64,000 nt of DNA, from positions 14,012,001 through 14,076,000 of the forward strand of contig NC_043002.1 in NCBI RefSeq assembly GCF_006345805.1, written 5' to 3'. The notes beneath the pieces were generated by a model. The model worked only from the letters and a program-made list of their open reading frames with translations, did no database searches and was not told the DNA's origin. The first letter of the stretch is position 1, and every line of letters begins with the position of its first letter. Positions 1 to 13,689 of this stretch are shown here, piece by piece. The translations under genes were made by a program, and so were the position numbers. This DNA comes from Octopus sinensis (lineage: Eukaryota).

Positions 1-51
1 AATACACAATTATTAATAATTGAGACGCAATTATTTATAATTGAAGAGTCC

Positions 52-138
52 TACACTGAAGAGGAAAATAGTTGGGTAAGACATAATTATTTAAATGTTA
101 TGCTTTCCTATGACTTAATTCCGAAACGTACGTCCGTA
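52..138 (+). ncRNA. Type I hammerhead ribozyme motif in a PLE pseudo-LTR remnant
   Basis: taca-CTGAAGA(56-62)-long imperfect stem II (GGAA..TTCC)-GAAAC-GTAC-GTC-cgta; self-complementary stem/loop III; one mismatch in stem I next to the core. Confidence 0.6.
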
Positions 139-322
139 TGTGACTTAATATAGAATGATTGTCATCATTTCTTTCTCTTTTGCCTGCGTTGTTTGCCTTT
201 TAGGTGCTGTGGTTTTACTGGGATCTCCCTTTTAAGTAGTAAGAATAACCAAAACTCTTTGACTGCTATTTCTAAATTCGGTGTGTAGTGAGGCAAATCG
301 TTGCTAAACCCTTAATTACTTA

Positions 323-400
<78 letters not shown>

Positions 401-514
401 ATAAAACATACTTGGAAAAGGATACGTGGCGTGCGATCATATTAATAATTAAATATATATAAATGTATGAATATATACATAGATATATGTACATACATAC
501 ATATATATGTATAT

Positions 515-1100
515 ATACATGCATATATGGGTACAGGACATTAAAAAACGTGGACAGAATGAGAAACGAAAACTTAAAAAACAAAAACAGAAACGAACAT
601 GTTTTTGAACAACGAAAAAAAACAGACAAACAGAGAAACAGCTGTAGAAATGTCCCCTCTTTTATATACTCCGCGTTGTCCCCTGTTTTATATACTCTGC
701 GTTCGAAGGTAAGGACAACACGCGCCTTCGTTAAAACAGTCCTTCTCGCAAAACAAATTAAATTAAATTTGGGATGTTTTGTGGAGGGTCAAAGTGGTAA
801 CAAAAACAGGACGGTGAGAACAAAACAGTAAAAACAAACGTGAAGTGTTGAACGTTTGAAAAAGCGAGCTTTGAGAAGAGACAGATAAAAGCACGTGTTG
901 TCTTTATTAAGGAAGTGAAAGAGAGATTGGCTGTTAGTCACGTGTCAGGAACGATAGAGTCAAGGAGGACGAGTGAGAGAGAAAGATAGAGAACGGTGAA
1001 GGTGAGAGGAGAATAATAGGGAAAGGGTGGGAGTGAAAAACAGAAAGGAAGAACAAGAGAAAGAGAGAGAGCTAGACAGAAAAGAGATAGAATAAGAGTG
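515..1100. mobile_element. Non-coding interspersed repeat, probably a PLE terminal repeat; homologous to 7545-7820
   Basis: Shared start atatatgggtacag..aaacgt..acaaaatgagaaacga..tgtcccctgtttta..gcggagggt..aacaaaaacag; abuts (TA)n. Confidence 0.45.
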
Positions 1101-1139
1101 CGCAAAGATAAAACGTACTTGGAAAAGAATGCGTGATTA

Positions 1140-1433
1140 CAACTCTGGGCAGAGAGTCGCCTCCCCGGCGAACGCACAATGTAGGGTTGTTTTTATGGAA
1201 CGCCAGCAGTCGCCCATACATACCAGCCTCTCCTCTCCACTCCAAGGAACAGGCAAAAACCGATGCAACTTGGCACCAAGGATGTCGCGACTCATTTCTA
1301 TAGCTGACTGAAGTAAAGGAACGTGAAAAAAAGTGTCTTGCTCAAGAATAAAACACGCAGCCCGATCCGGGAATCGAACGCACAATCTCACGATCGTAAG
1401 CGCAACATTCTATCCACTAAGCCATGCGCCTTC
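1140..1433 (-). mobile_element. tRNA-derived SINE, decayed
   Basis: Minus strand gaaggcgcatggcttagtgg (A box) ... gttcgattcccgg (B box), then ttgagcaagacactt core-like segment. Confidence 0.7.
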
Positions 1434-1525
1434 ACATACATGTATATAATTACATAAATAACTAAATAAATTATATATATATACATACGTACATATATAC
1501 CACACACACATATATATATACATAT

Positions 1526-1584
<59 letters not shown>

Positions 1585-1674
1585 CTGTGTGTGTATTTGT
1601 ATATTTAAATGTACTTTATAAAATATATAAATTTATCTCTATCTACAAATATAAATCCATATATTTACACACAC

Positions 1675-1747
<73 letters not shown>

Positions 1748-2506
1748 TGATATATACACATGGATACATATACATGTAGAAACATGTATGAGTCAGAGTG
1801 CGTATATGTGCACGCGAGTATGTCTGTGCACACTGATTTGAACACACACGCACACACACACACTTAAACACGCACCAACGCATATATTTATATAAGAAGC
1901 GAGATACAAACACAGAGATAAGTGAAAGAGAAAATGTGTTGTAAAGAGACACAAAGAAGGGAGTGATATTCTCTTACAAAAACCTATTACCGTAAAGTAG
2001 ATAGGTTTTGCATCTTTTACTGTTACTGAAACTGAAACCTGCATTGATTAACCATACTATTTCTATGAAGTTCCAATCTATTGCCTAGATTAAAATATCG
2101 ATTTTTGTGTCCCTTAGGTCACATAGTGTTCATCAATTGATTCTTGTTGCTTGTGCATAAAGGCATTATCGATTACTTTCGAATGGAAATCGTGTATATC
2201 AAATAAGAGACCGAACATGGTCAATATCTACTTATAAATAACATTCTGTGTTTCTCTCTGTAACGTAAAACACATTTCTCGCCATGGCACAAGCAAGCCT
2301 TTATGATCTTCATTGTGGTTTGGTGAGGACAATCGTGCAGAGATACTGATTTAGTGAGTTTCAATAATCTCTACTTTTCATCTGTGAGGAGAGGCGCTGA
2401 CATAGTTCAGAACTGATTAACACATAGTCTATATTCCCTTTTATTATAGTCGTGTATATGTAATATAGTAGCGTGTAGCATAATGCAGTTGCACACAAAG
2501 ATACGC

Positions 2507-2547
<41 letters not shown>

Positions 2548-2550
<3 letters not shown>

Positions 2551-2661
2551 GGTGATTCAAATGTTGCATACGTAAGAGAAAATATTTCTATAAGAAACAG
2601 ATTTTTTTAACTGTTTCTGATAAAAAAAAAATTTCTTGTGTATAGACTTTTGAACCACCTG
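2548..2661. mobile_element. Tc1/mariner-type MITE
   Basis: Imperfect TIRs cagggtgattcaaa / tttgaaccacctg, preceded by TA. Confidence 0.55.
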
Positions 2662-2826
2662 TGTGTATATATATATATTATATATATATATATATCTATA
2701 TATATATATATTATATAGATATATATATATATATATTATATTTATTTATTATATATATATATATATGTACATATGCATATATATATATGTATATATGCAT
2801 ATATATATATAATATATATATATATA

Positions 2827-2904
<78 letters not shown>

Positions 2905-3092
2905 CATACACCAGGGTAAGCACATAGATGCGGAAAAGATGAAAATGTTGTACTCGAATGCCAGAAGTAGAGTGATACTATTCTAAACAAAACTGTCCGA
3001 CGAAGTGGAACGTGAAACTTTGAGTAACAATTTTTGTGATATTTTTGCAGATTTTTAATAAAGTACATATATGTTATATAATGTATATGTGA

Positions 3093-3136
<44 letters not shown>

Positions 3137-3173
3137 ATTATTATATATATATATATTATATATATTTATATTA

Positions 3174-3247
<74 letters not shown>

Positions 3248-3398
3248 TTATTATTATTAATATTCCTGTGCGGCTTATATTCGCGGCCACCAGGATATCA
3301 TTTTTAGAAATATTATCGTTCTCATATTTATATTTATATAATATAGATAACGTATACATATATAATGTACGTACACGCGCGTGTGCTGGCACACACAC

Positions 3399-3446
<48 letters not shown>

Positions 3447-3799
3447 TATATATTATATATATATATCTGCGTGTGTTGTAGGTAGGTAGATAGATAGATA
3501 CACAGATAAGAGGGTGACTTACGGTCGATAGCCAAGCGGAACAATTCCATGTTGTTGACATTAAGTAGCGAGGACATTTCCTCCTCCGTATTCTAGAGAG
3601 GCCACTCGCTAGAGAGGCATTAAGCCAACAGATTTTTGGATCTGATGACATGTTGTAAAACTAACCACTTTATGTACGATTCACCCAGGGTAACCCCATA
3701 AATTGGCATTTTAAAACTTTATTTTTATTTATATTATATATTGCTCTATAACGTAGAAGGTGCTTCTGTTTCGAATTTATGTCTTACCGACGATATATA

Positions 3800-5444
3800 C
3801 AGTATTTCACAGAAGTATGTACACCCCTTAAAAATTCGAGTATAGTTGTCATTGCTCTGATAATATAGAATAAAATCAAACGCAATTTATACTGAATAAA
3901 ATATATCATAAATGCAAACAGTGTACAAATTTGGAATACAAACATTAAACATTTTCAAAGATATCAAGGAAATATTAATTTTTAAACGTTACAAAAATAT
4001 GTACACCCGAAATAAAATTTGCTATATTTCATATTTTATCCACATTCTTCTACTAAATGCAGATTTTGCTGATAATTTTAATTCTAATAAATTATTTCTG
4101 TTGGCATGTTTGCACCAATCATTGTTATTGCATCTGCAGGAATTCTGATTTGTGTACCGTGGTACCGCGGTGAGAAGCTTCATTGTGATTAAAATGGCAC
4201 CAAAAGGAAAAGAATTGTCTGAAAATTTGAAAAAAAAAAATTTTAATTTGCACAAGAATGGTTTAGGATTCAAGTTAATTAGCAAACGAATACATATTAG
4301 CATAAACACAATTGCCAAAGTAATTAAGAAATACAAAGCTAGTGGACTTCTAAGAAATAAATATCGTCCAGGTCGTTCTTCTATTTAAACTGCGCGTGAT
4401 ATGCGTCACATCCAACGTTGCGTGATGGACGACAGGCGTCGCTCCGCTTCAACTTTGACCCAAGAAGTGTCTTCTGTTAGTGGAAAGAATGTATCCACTC
4501 AAACAGTTAGCTGATGTTTGAACCAGTGTGGTCTTCATGGACGCATTCCTCGTAGGAAGCATCTTCTCACTACCAGGCATAAATCAAGTCGTCTTTTTTT
4601 TTTTTGCCAAAACCTGAGTAAGGGGAAGGAGTTTGGGGATAAAATACTTTTTTTCTGACGAAACTAAAATCAACTTGTTTGGGTCAGAACGGTATTAAAT
4701 GAGTATGGTGACCGCCACGTGAAGAAAATACCGAAAAGCGCACTGTTCGTACCGTGAAACAATGCGGCGGAATTGTTACGCTTTGGGGATGCATGAGTGC
4801 AGTAGGTGTGGGAGAATTCACATTTATTGAGAGAACAATGGATTCAAGGCTTTATTGTGACATGTCAGAGAAAACGATGTTGAACAGCATCAAGGAACTG
4901 AAAAGACATTCTATGTTTCAACATGAAAATTACCCTAAACAAAACTCAAAGACGATGACTTTTTATCAGATAGAATGTTGAAGGCATTTCCTTGGCCTAC
5001 TATGTCACCTGATTTAAACCCACTTGAATATATTTGGGGTGTTTTGAGAAGCAAGGTTGAGGAGGAAAAACCCCGCAACGTAACAGAGGTGAAATACATC
5101 ATTCAGGATAACTCGGCGTCGTTTTCATCGGTTATATGCGGCAATTTAGTCGACTCTATCCCCAGAAGGCTTAAATCATACATTGAAAGCAAAGGCAGCC
5201 ACACCATATATTGGGTATAGGGAATAATCTTTTTAGGGTGTACATATTTTTGTATCGTTTGAAAATTAGTATTCTGTTCATATCATTGAAAATGTTTATT
5301 GTTTTGTGTTCCAATTTGTATAATGTTTGCATGTCTTATATATTTTATTCAGTATAAATTTCGTTTTACTTTCTTCGATATTATTAGAGTAATGGCAATT
5401 TTACTGGAATTTTTAAGGGGTGTAACTACTTCTGTGAGATATTA
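3800..5444 (+). mobile_element. Tc1-family DNA transposon (IR-DR type), full length but decayed
   Basis: ~210-bp imperfect TIRs 3800-4008 / 5236-5444, each with inner and outer gtacaccc-like repeats; TA at 3798-3799; internal transposase remnants. Confidence 0.92.
4194..5220 (+). pseudogene. Tc1 DDE transposase pseudogene
   Basis: MAPKGKELS..., paired-like HTH and RPGR motif, SDETKINLFGS, TVKQCGG.VTLWGCMSA.GVG, FQHENYPK, WPTMSPDLNPLEYIW; stops and frameshifts. Confidence 0.92.
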
Positions 5445-7494
5445 CACACACACACACACACACACACTCACACACACACACATATATATATATATGTATC
5501 TGAGTGTAAGCATAAAACAGGGAGTAGTACCCAACATAATTGTCTAGAGTTGCATGTTTTTAATAACAGTTTCACTCTGACTCCTAATATCTGAAGATTT
5601 GGACGTGTTCCACGTCCACGAATCCCTACATAATGCGGGGTTAAGTCAAACCATTATTGTATTTATGCAATGTATACACTATTTGTAGTGTATATTCGAT
5701 ATGTTCCTCAATTTTCATATTTTAATTAAATATAAATTATGTCAATTTAAATCCCAACAGGATTTCTGACCCATTATTTAATAACAATTTTATATATCTG
5801 CCTTCAGATATGCTTTCAGTTCGGTCTAATACAGGACCCCAAAAAACAATAGAAGAATCTCTCACATATCAGGCATACTGAATAACGACCATCTGTTGTG
5901 CAATCGAATACATATAAGAGTTTGCTCTTCCAAGGCAAACATTCTACATTCGTACCTAGACACTTATTCAAATTCCCATTCGGGAATGTATCATGATCTC
6001 TCAGGGAATGTATTATGATCTGTTAGCATAAAGAAACTTGCCTCGAAGTATTTCATTCTGTAAGTAAATATTGAGGATATCGTTACAGCTAGATGAAATT
6101 GCATCGATCCTATTATTCTCATTCTTTTGTGTTTGCTTTTACTGGCATCAAAGAGACACATTGGCAAATCATTGCAATATAAGCGAATAAGAGAGAATTT
6201 CTGTTTGGAGACCGCAAGCTTAAATATACTGCTAACGCGCTCACTAATGACACGCCTAACAAAAATGCATCGTAAATTGCATCTGCCGGTTCACATACTT
6301 CACACGATGCCTGGTTTGAAAAGTATTTTACTTACATACATCGGAAGCATGTTCAATATATTTGTATTTGAATAACCTTAGAGAAAACACATCATAGAAT
6401 GGTTGAAGAGAAGTCACTCTGCACTTGTGTGTAAAAAGTACATGATTAAAATGCGAATATCAGAATTACTTAAGGAAGCACCAACCTATATTTAAGATGA
6501 CTTAAACGTCTGAAGAACTATCGCAGAATTATAGTGCAGTAGTGTAACATCTAATTGAACAAAACGTAGAAGTGTATAAGTAATATCCTACTCTTGAATA
6601 AATAATTGCCAATGTAATTTTGTCTTCTAGTATTTTCCAGCATTGGTAATTACTTAGCCCTAAGTAGAACAGCCTGTAACGCTAACGCTAATAGACTAAT
6701 GTTCTCTCTTAGGGGGATAAAATACAATACTTAAAATAGCAGAAACAATTTATCTAATTAAAAGAATCTAATTGGAGGAATAATAACAGCTACCGATATG
6801 TAGTAGAATCGGTAAGGCGGTAATGGTGTTAAGTGACGGAAATATTGGTTTTCAATTCGCCAAAGCGCAATTTGTATAGTTTATCTCAAGGTAGCGTTTA
6901 TATAATTTAATATCATATATTTAACATGTTGCTGAGAATTTCCGTGGTCTTGAAATGTTTGAATATAACACCAATGGCAGTTTGGACAAGGTAATTAAAT
7001 ATATTGGAATATACAATTTGATATCGAAATTCACAAGAGGAGACAAAGCACCAAGAAGGCACTGACCTTTGCTAGGCATAGACACCAATGTGTTGCTAAA
7101 AACGTGGCTTTACAGTCATAATCTTTCGGGTGGTTCTGCAAACTTGTTCCAACGGGTTACAGTCGTAAACACTTTTCCAACGGGCCACTACACGGTATCT
7201 TAAGTAAAGGTCTTTTAATATAGCTCCTAACCGACTACCCATCCAATGCCTACTAAGTTAATTTGATAAACAAAAGTAAATTGATAGCCTGTCGTATGCG
7301 TGTGTATATAAGTATATAAGAAATACATACACACACACAGAGGCCCATACACATACACACCCACACGCTAATCAGTAGTGATTCGTCAATATTGGAACTT
7401 GATGCGTGGCGTTCGATCATATAATAATATAACTAAAATATAAATATATGAATATATACATACATATATGTACATAGCTACATATATATGTATA

Positions 7495-7535
<41 letters not shown>

Positions 7536-7819
7536 CGTGTATATACATGCATATATGGGTACAGAGCATCAAAGAAACGTAGACAAAATGAGAAACGAGA
7601 ACATAAAACACAAAAATATAGAAAACGGACTTTTTGGGGAGCAACGAAAGAAACAGAGACACGAGACAGGCAACATAAAGAAATTCCCCTTTATCAGCTG
7701 TCCCCTGTTTTATCTACTCCGCGATTTCGTTAAATCAGTGCTTCCCGCAAAGCGAATTCAAACATTTTGGAATTTTTTGCGGAGGGTGAAAATGGTAACA
7801 AAAACAGTAAAAACAAACT

Positions 7820-8775
7820 GTGAGGGCTATTTGATTTGTTCTCGCTGCATAGAAGCTATCTTCTTCCTGTAGCTTCGTGGAATGCCTCAAGTTCTGTAAT
7901 TAATTTGACACTGGTTGGTCACCATTGCTGAGTGCAATAGACAAACTGGCTTAAGACATGTGTCCTCCAGAGGAGAAACATGGTTGCCCTGTCTCTTTTT
8001 CTAAAAGTCGTAAGAATCTATGCGGTCAGCCACCTGCATTTCATTGCCAATTTACCAACATGCACATGGAAGGATGCATCATTACTCACGGTCTCGCACT
8101 GACTGTGCCTATGGGATTGCAATCACCCCAGGTCCAGTGTATTTAATTGCTTTTGCTTTTAGATTTGCATGGTGATAGCACAAAGCTTGAAACCTTTCAG
8201 TATTAAACTGCAGGTTATTCTTTTCCACCGACTTGTATATTTCATCCTGCTCATATTGCAGGTACATAGTGTCTTCAGGTTTCTGTATTACTTGTGAGAC
8301 TTTTGTATCATCTGCATAACTTGTGTTCCTGGCTCTCTGTGCGGCTGGGGCATGTCTGAGAGGGCCATTATAAACAGTAGTCGTCCAAAACAGTGCTTTG
8401 CAGAACACCGCTCATTATTTGGCTACTACCACCAGACTTCTATCCTTCAGAAAGTCATAAAGCCATTCTCCCGATTTTCCGACTATGCCGAGATCACGCA
8501 CTTTGTGACATATCATTCCATGATTGACTTATCAAAGGCCTTTGCAAAATCGAGATATAACACTTCCACATTTCAGTGGTTGAGCAGCTTGTTTCAGTAC
8601 TCATTCATAGTGTTGTAAGAGCTGAGTCAGGCAGCTTCTTCCTGGTCAGAAACTATGTTGGGTGTCAGTCAGCAAGTCATTTTCTTCAGGGAGGTGATTA
8701 GTTTTCTTCTGACTATTCATTCCATGACCTTGCTGATGTGTGAGGTCAGAGAGATAGGTCTGTAGTGTTTGAGCT
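7820..8775 (-). mobile_element. CR1/L2-group LINE reverse transcriptase fragment
   Basis: Minus-strand YRPISLTSHISKVME, DFAKAFDK, SYADDTKV..LQ...W-like..NNLQFN..FQAL; disrupted. Confidence 0.8.
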
Positions 8776-8974
8776 ATGCATACTATGCGTCACCAACTGC
8801 GTAAACAGGAAATACGTAAAACAAGTGTTAAATATGCAAATACCAAGAGAAAAAACTGGAAAACAGAACAAGTAAGCACAGAGAACGACTCTTCATCAGT
8901 TGTCGGCTGACTATTTACTCCACATTTCTAAATGTGGAGTAGATAGACATATATAATACGTCTATAAATATATG

Positions 8975-9115
8975 ATAGATAGCTAACCACTACACATTCT
9001 TTATTTTCTCACCTTGTTTCTTTCTGTGTTTCCTTCTGTGGAAGAGCGAGCATAGGCTCGAAACAGTCTACACCACCTTTCTTCGTCTTTTGGTTTTTTT
9101 TGTGAATTCCCCGTA
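8975..9115 (+). mobile_element. Short PLE-type terminal repeat with variant hammerhead (same family as 49340-49577)
   Basis: cactacaca...ttctgtg..CTGTGGAA-GAGC..GCTC-GAAAC...caccacct..ttttgtgaattcccc, then (TA)n. Confidence 0.5.
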
Positions 9116-9121
9116 TATATA

Positions 9122-9175
<54 letters not shown>

Positions 9176-9369
9176 TTAAAAAACTATTGAAAAGGTTGCA
9201 AGACGCAACGAAAGTTTAGGAAAATAAAAATAAGAAAAAAGTGGAAATTTTACCGGTGAGTGTGTTATATTATAAGTCACAAAAAGAAAATGACTCTCCC
9301 CAGACACAACAGAATATGCTTCAACACACGAACTCATATAAAGAATCTTGCAAACCAAATCCTAAAACG

Positions 9370-9404
<35 letters not shown>

Positions 9405-9580
9405 CTATTTATATATATGCGTTTATGTACATAGCACACACACATACAAACATATACATATATTTATTTATTATTTATTTATTATATTTATTTATTATAT
9501 AAAAAAAAAACCACAGCAACGCGAGGACGTGGAACAAATAAAGTATTATTGGACGCTCAGAAAAGAAGGGAAGTAGGAGG

Positions 9581-9615
9581 GTTTAACGTTTCGAGCGGAG
9601 CTCTTCGTCGGAAAC
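9581..9615 (-). ncRNA. Minimal type I hammerhead motif, variant core
   Basis: Minus strand GTTT-CCGACGAA-GAGC-TCC-GCTC-GAAAC-GTT-AAAC; perfect 4-bp stems I and II; inside a repeat ~9500-9680 whose end recurs at 47200-47290. Confidence 0.6.
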
Positions 9616-10024
9616 ATAGGAGAAAGATCCCGAGAAGGGAAGACAGAGGAAAAAAAATCGCCAGTGGTACTCACGAGGTCTATATATATATATATATATT
9701 ATATGTGTGTGTACGTACATATAATATAGTATAGGTACAAAATCTTAAATTTGAGAGCAGACGAAAAGTCGACTCCAGTAAACAACTGGCATTATCAACA
9801 ACGAAACAATGAAAGTCAAAGTTGATCTCGGAGGTACATGAACATAGAACATAAGATCGGACTAAATACATCTTCGCATTTTCTCCGGTGCGTTAACGAT
9901 TCCTCCAGCGCTCGCCTAGGATGAAAACGTGCGCACGTACAGACTACACACACATACATACATACATACACACACTCACACAAACGCACATTGGAATGCG
10001 TATAATGTATAGTCACATGCATGT

Positions 10025-10055
<31 letters not shown>

Positions 10056-10513
10056 CATACATACGCATAAAGACACAGACACATACACCTCCCCCATATA
10101 TATATATGCGTGTATGTGTCTATGGGTTTGAGTTATGCGTTCATGTGTGCGTATTCGCAGAAACAGTAGTGTACTCATGTACGCTTCTATATACATATGT
10201 AAGCGTGCAAGTGCTTGTATAACGTACGTTTGATGGCAGCAGTGTATTGTATGGCGAAGCAACGAATCATCTTTTCACAGATCGAAGTGGCGCCTACATG
10301 ACACAAAGAATCCTGACGCAATCGATGTTGTCTGACTGCAATTTACGAAAGGCAAAAATAAGCTTAAAACGTCCGTTTGTAATGTAATCATCGGCGCCTC
10401 GATTCGAATGAGAAATGATAATGGACTTCGGCATGTTTAAAACTTGTATTTCTCTCTGAACTGAAATAGAGGATTTTATGTGTGTGAGAGTGCGAGGGGT
10501 GTGCGTGTGTGTT

Positions 10514-10556
<43 letters not shown>

Positions 10557-10695
10557 TTGTGGATGTATGTGTGCGCGCATGCGGCGGGGTATTGTTTGAG
10601 GATTTCTTGATAGAGAATCGATTGAGTGCAATGGGGCAAGAGGGCGTCGATGAAAAGCAAAATACAACTGAGACCATAAAACTTTTAAGAATATA

Positions 10696-10726
<31 letters not shown>

Positions 10727-11036
10727 GTATGCGTGTGTGTATATATATACATTCATACACACACATATATATATACATATATATATATATTTATATATGT
10801 GTGTACGTGTGTGTGCACGCGCGCTTGATGAGTGTGTGTGTATGTGTATATATACTTGAATACACACGTACTTTAGTCTATTACTTCTTCCAGCCCGTTC
10901 ACATAGGCATGTTTAAACACCATAACATAATATACATACATACATGCATAAATACATGTATACATATATACATACATACACACATAGATACACAGAAACA
11001 TGCATGTATATAAACAATGTATGCGTGTCCTTGAAA

Positions 11037-11068
<32 letters not shown>

Positions 11069-11444
11069 TTATATATACACATATGTATACATATATTCAA
11101 CACATGTTCATACACTGATGTTCACACCAGACACGCGAACACGAGCGCGCACGCATGTACACATACACAAATGCAAACACATGTATGTAAGATGCTACAA
11201 TTGTTTCTGCTCATGTTACTTTGCTGAGATGATATCTTTAACATATTATGTAACGACTACACTCCATCAAAGTGGAGCGAGGTTTGTAAAGCATACTATT
11301 AGGTTTGTGACTAAATGCTATTTATCCATATACTAATATGTGCGTGTGCGTGTGTGCGTGTCTGTACATGAATATGGGTGAATATGTGAAAAAATGAAGT
11401 GAAGAAGATTGCACTCGAATATGATTGGTATATATATACATATA

Positions 11445-11502
<58 letters not shown>

Positions 11503-11589
11503 ATATATATATATTATATATATATATATATATAATAGTAGTAACAGAAAAGAGGAACTTCGATTATCCCCACGTGGTGAGTTGTAATG

Positions 11590-12360
11590 TATATAAGAAA
11601 TTAAAAAAGGAAAATACGCACACTTACATAGATTTAATATAATTTTTAATATATCGACCGGTTTCGCTATCGCTATTCATGATAATATGTTTTAATTATT
11701 TGAATATATATTTTTTCTTAAGAAGAAATTTGGTCCATGTTGTGTGTGATGAAATTCACGAGTCAATGACATCACAAGTAGATAAATAAAGGGAGGTAAT
11801 TGGTTGTCATTATTATTGTTATTGTTGTGGGTAAGGTAGATAACTGTTCAGCTTTCGGTAATGGGTGGGGATTATATATGTGTTCAAAAACCTTGTTTAG
11901 TAGAGGATTTATGTACAGTGATGTAATCGTGAATTGAAATATGTAAAAAGATAAAAGTTGGTTATGACTGCATATTGAGACGTGTTTTGTATTTTTCGAT
12001 GAAAAAGGTTTCTTTATTTAAACGTTCCAATTGAGTGATTGCGTCTTTGCACTGGTAGAAAGGGAAGACTGTGAAATTTGGTTTGATGTTACCTGCACAT
12101 TTTTCTATGTGTTCACTGAGGGGAATTTGTCTGTATTACAGGAAACGGATTTGCACTTATGTAGAATTGTTCTCTTTCTCAAGGTCATACTCGTTTGTCC
12201 AATAACCGGTGTCCGCAAACCGAGCAGTTTATTACATAAATCAGGTTCTCAGAGGCACAGGTGAAACTAGTTTTAATAGCGATAGCGAAACCGGTCGATA
12301 TATTAAAAATTATATTATAACTATGTAAGTGTGCGTATTTTCCTTTTTTAATTTCTTATA
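11590..12360 (-). mobile_element. Penelope-like element fragment with inverted terminal repeat
   Basis: GIY-YIG remnant LIYVINCSVCGH../IGQTSMTLRKR (minus, ~12245-12170); inverted repeat 11590-11677 vs 12276-12360; decayed hammerhead at 11652-11685 (minus). Confidence 0.8.
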
Positions 12361-12970
12361 CACACACACACACACACACACATATACATATATTAAAGTA
12401 ATACTTTAGGGAATATAAAGGGATACCACCACACTGGAAATAGCAGCCAAAACCTGACTCAAAAACTACATTAAATGTTCATACAGTACCAGGAGAGAAG
12501 GCAAAGAGACAAAATGAATTAGCAAAAAAATTACTGGATAATTCCATATCCCGGATTTCCTGGCTCTGCTTAAGAAATGCTCTGCCTTCATAAGTGGAAC
12601 TATATGGATATATTGAAGTTTTTGCCTCTCAAATTACCTAGTCCATTTGCTTATAGGCGTGGTTGTGTATGGTGTTCAGTATCACCGCGTGACACCTTGC
12701 GCAAGTGTTTCGGTCAAATTTTGTGTGCGAGTTCGTAAGATGGTAACTGGAAGAAGTCTGTCGCGTATATTCACATATATATACATGTACCTATGTATGT
12801 GCTTGTGTGCGTCTTTGAGTGTGTCTTTGTAATTCTACCTCCGCTTGTTGACTGATCTTGGTGCATTTAGCTGTTCAGTATAGATAGATATGACAGATAA
12901 AATAAATATCTGGCTCAAACTGATAAACATTGGGGTTTCAGTCGTTACACGGGTGGCCAACTTCAAATAT

Positions 12971-13271
12971 GTTTGTTCCTTCTCGAGCCATGCCTGGCTC
13001 ATAAGGGCCGGTTTCCCGGTCTCCTTGGCGTATAGGTTCTCCATCTGGACGGAACGCCGGTCCATCACAGGTGAGCTGCAAGATGCAGGAGGAAAGAATG
13101 AGAGAAAGTTGTGGCGAAAGAGTCAGCAGAAGTTTGCCATTACATTCTGCCGGAGCCACGTGGAGCTAAGGCGTTTCGCTCATAAACACACACATCGCTC
13201 GGTCTGAGATTCGAAACCGCGATCCCACGACCGCGAGTTCGCTGCTCTAACCACTAGGCCATGTGCCTTCA
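12971..13271 (-). mobile_element. tRNA-derived SINE with 13-bp TSD
   Basis: Head gaaggcacatggcctagtggttagagcagcg; TSD caacttcaaatat at 12958-12970 and 13272-13284. Confidence 0.85.
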
Positions 13272-13332
13272 CAACTTCAAATATTTCCTCCCTTGTTTGG
13301 CTTCCCTGAAATTAAGTCAATTTGCTGTTGTT

Positions 13333-13460
13333 TCTTCTTCTCCTTCTTCTTCTTCTTCTTCTTCTTCTTCTTCTTCTTCTTCTTCTTCTTCTTCTTCTTC
13401 TTCTTCTTCTTCTTCTTCTTCTTCTTCTTCTTCTTCTTCTTCTTCTTCTTCTTCTTCTTC
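13333..13460. repeat. (TTC)n microsatellite
   Basis: Direct inspection. Confidence 0.95.
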
Positions 13461-13689
13461 CAATCAGGACTCACGCCATTTGCCGCATAGAAATATCTCG
13501 AATTCGAGCCTACTCTAAGCTACAAAGAATGCTTTTGGCAACTTGAAGATCCACCCACCACTGTCCATAGACTGGCGGTTGCACGGGCGCGAAAGCTACG
13601 TTGTTTTCCTCATTCCGTAAACGGTGGCTTTTAACGGGTGGAAAGCTGAACCATCTTGGGGTACAGAGGATTCGCAATCAAGACTAGGG

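Noticed and set aside
5530-7290. Complex unique-looking sequence as host exons (also 15850-16700, 42050-42880, 44760-45590, 47300-48120)
   Set aside because: No recognisable protein motif or sustained frame by eye; needs tBLASTx or RNA-seq
8885-8935. Minus-strand ctgatga as a hammerhead core (similar at ~7690)
   Set aside because: Could not place stem II, GAAA and stem III in a consistent topology
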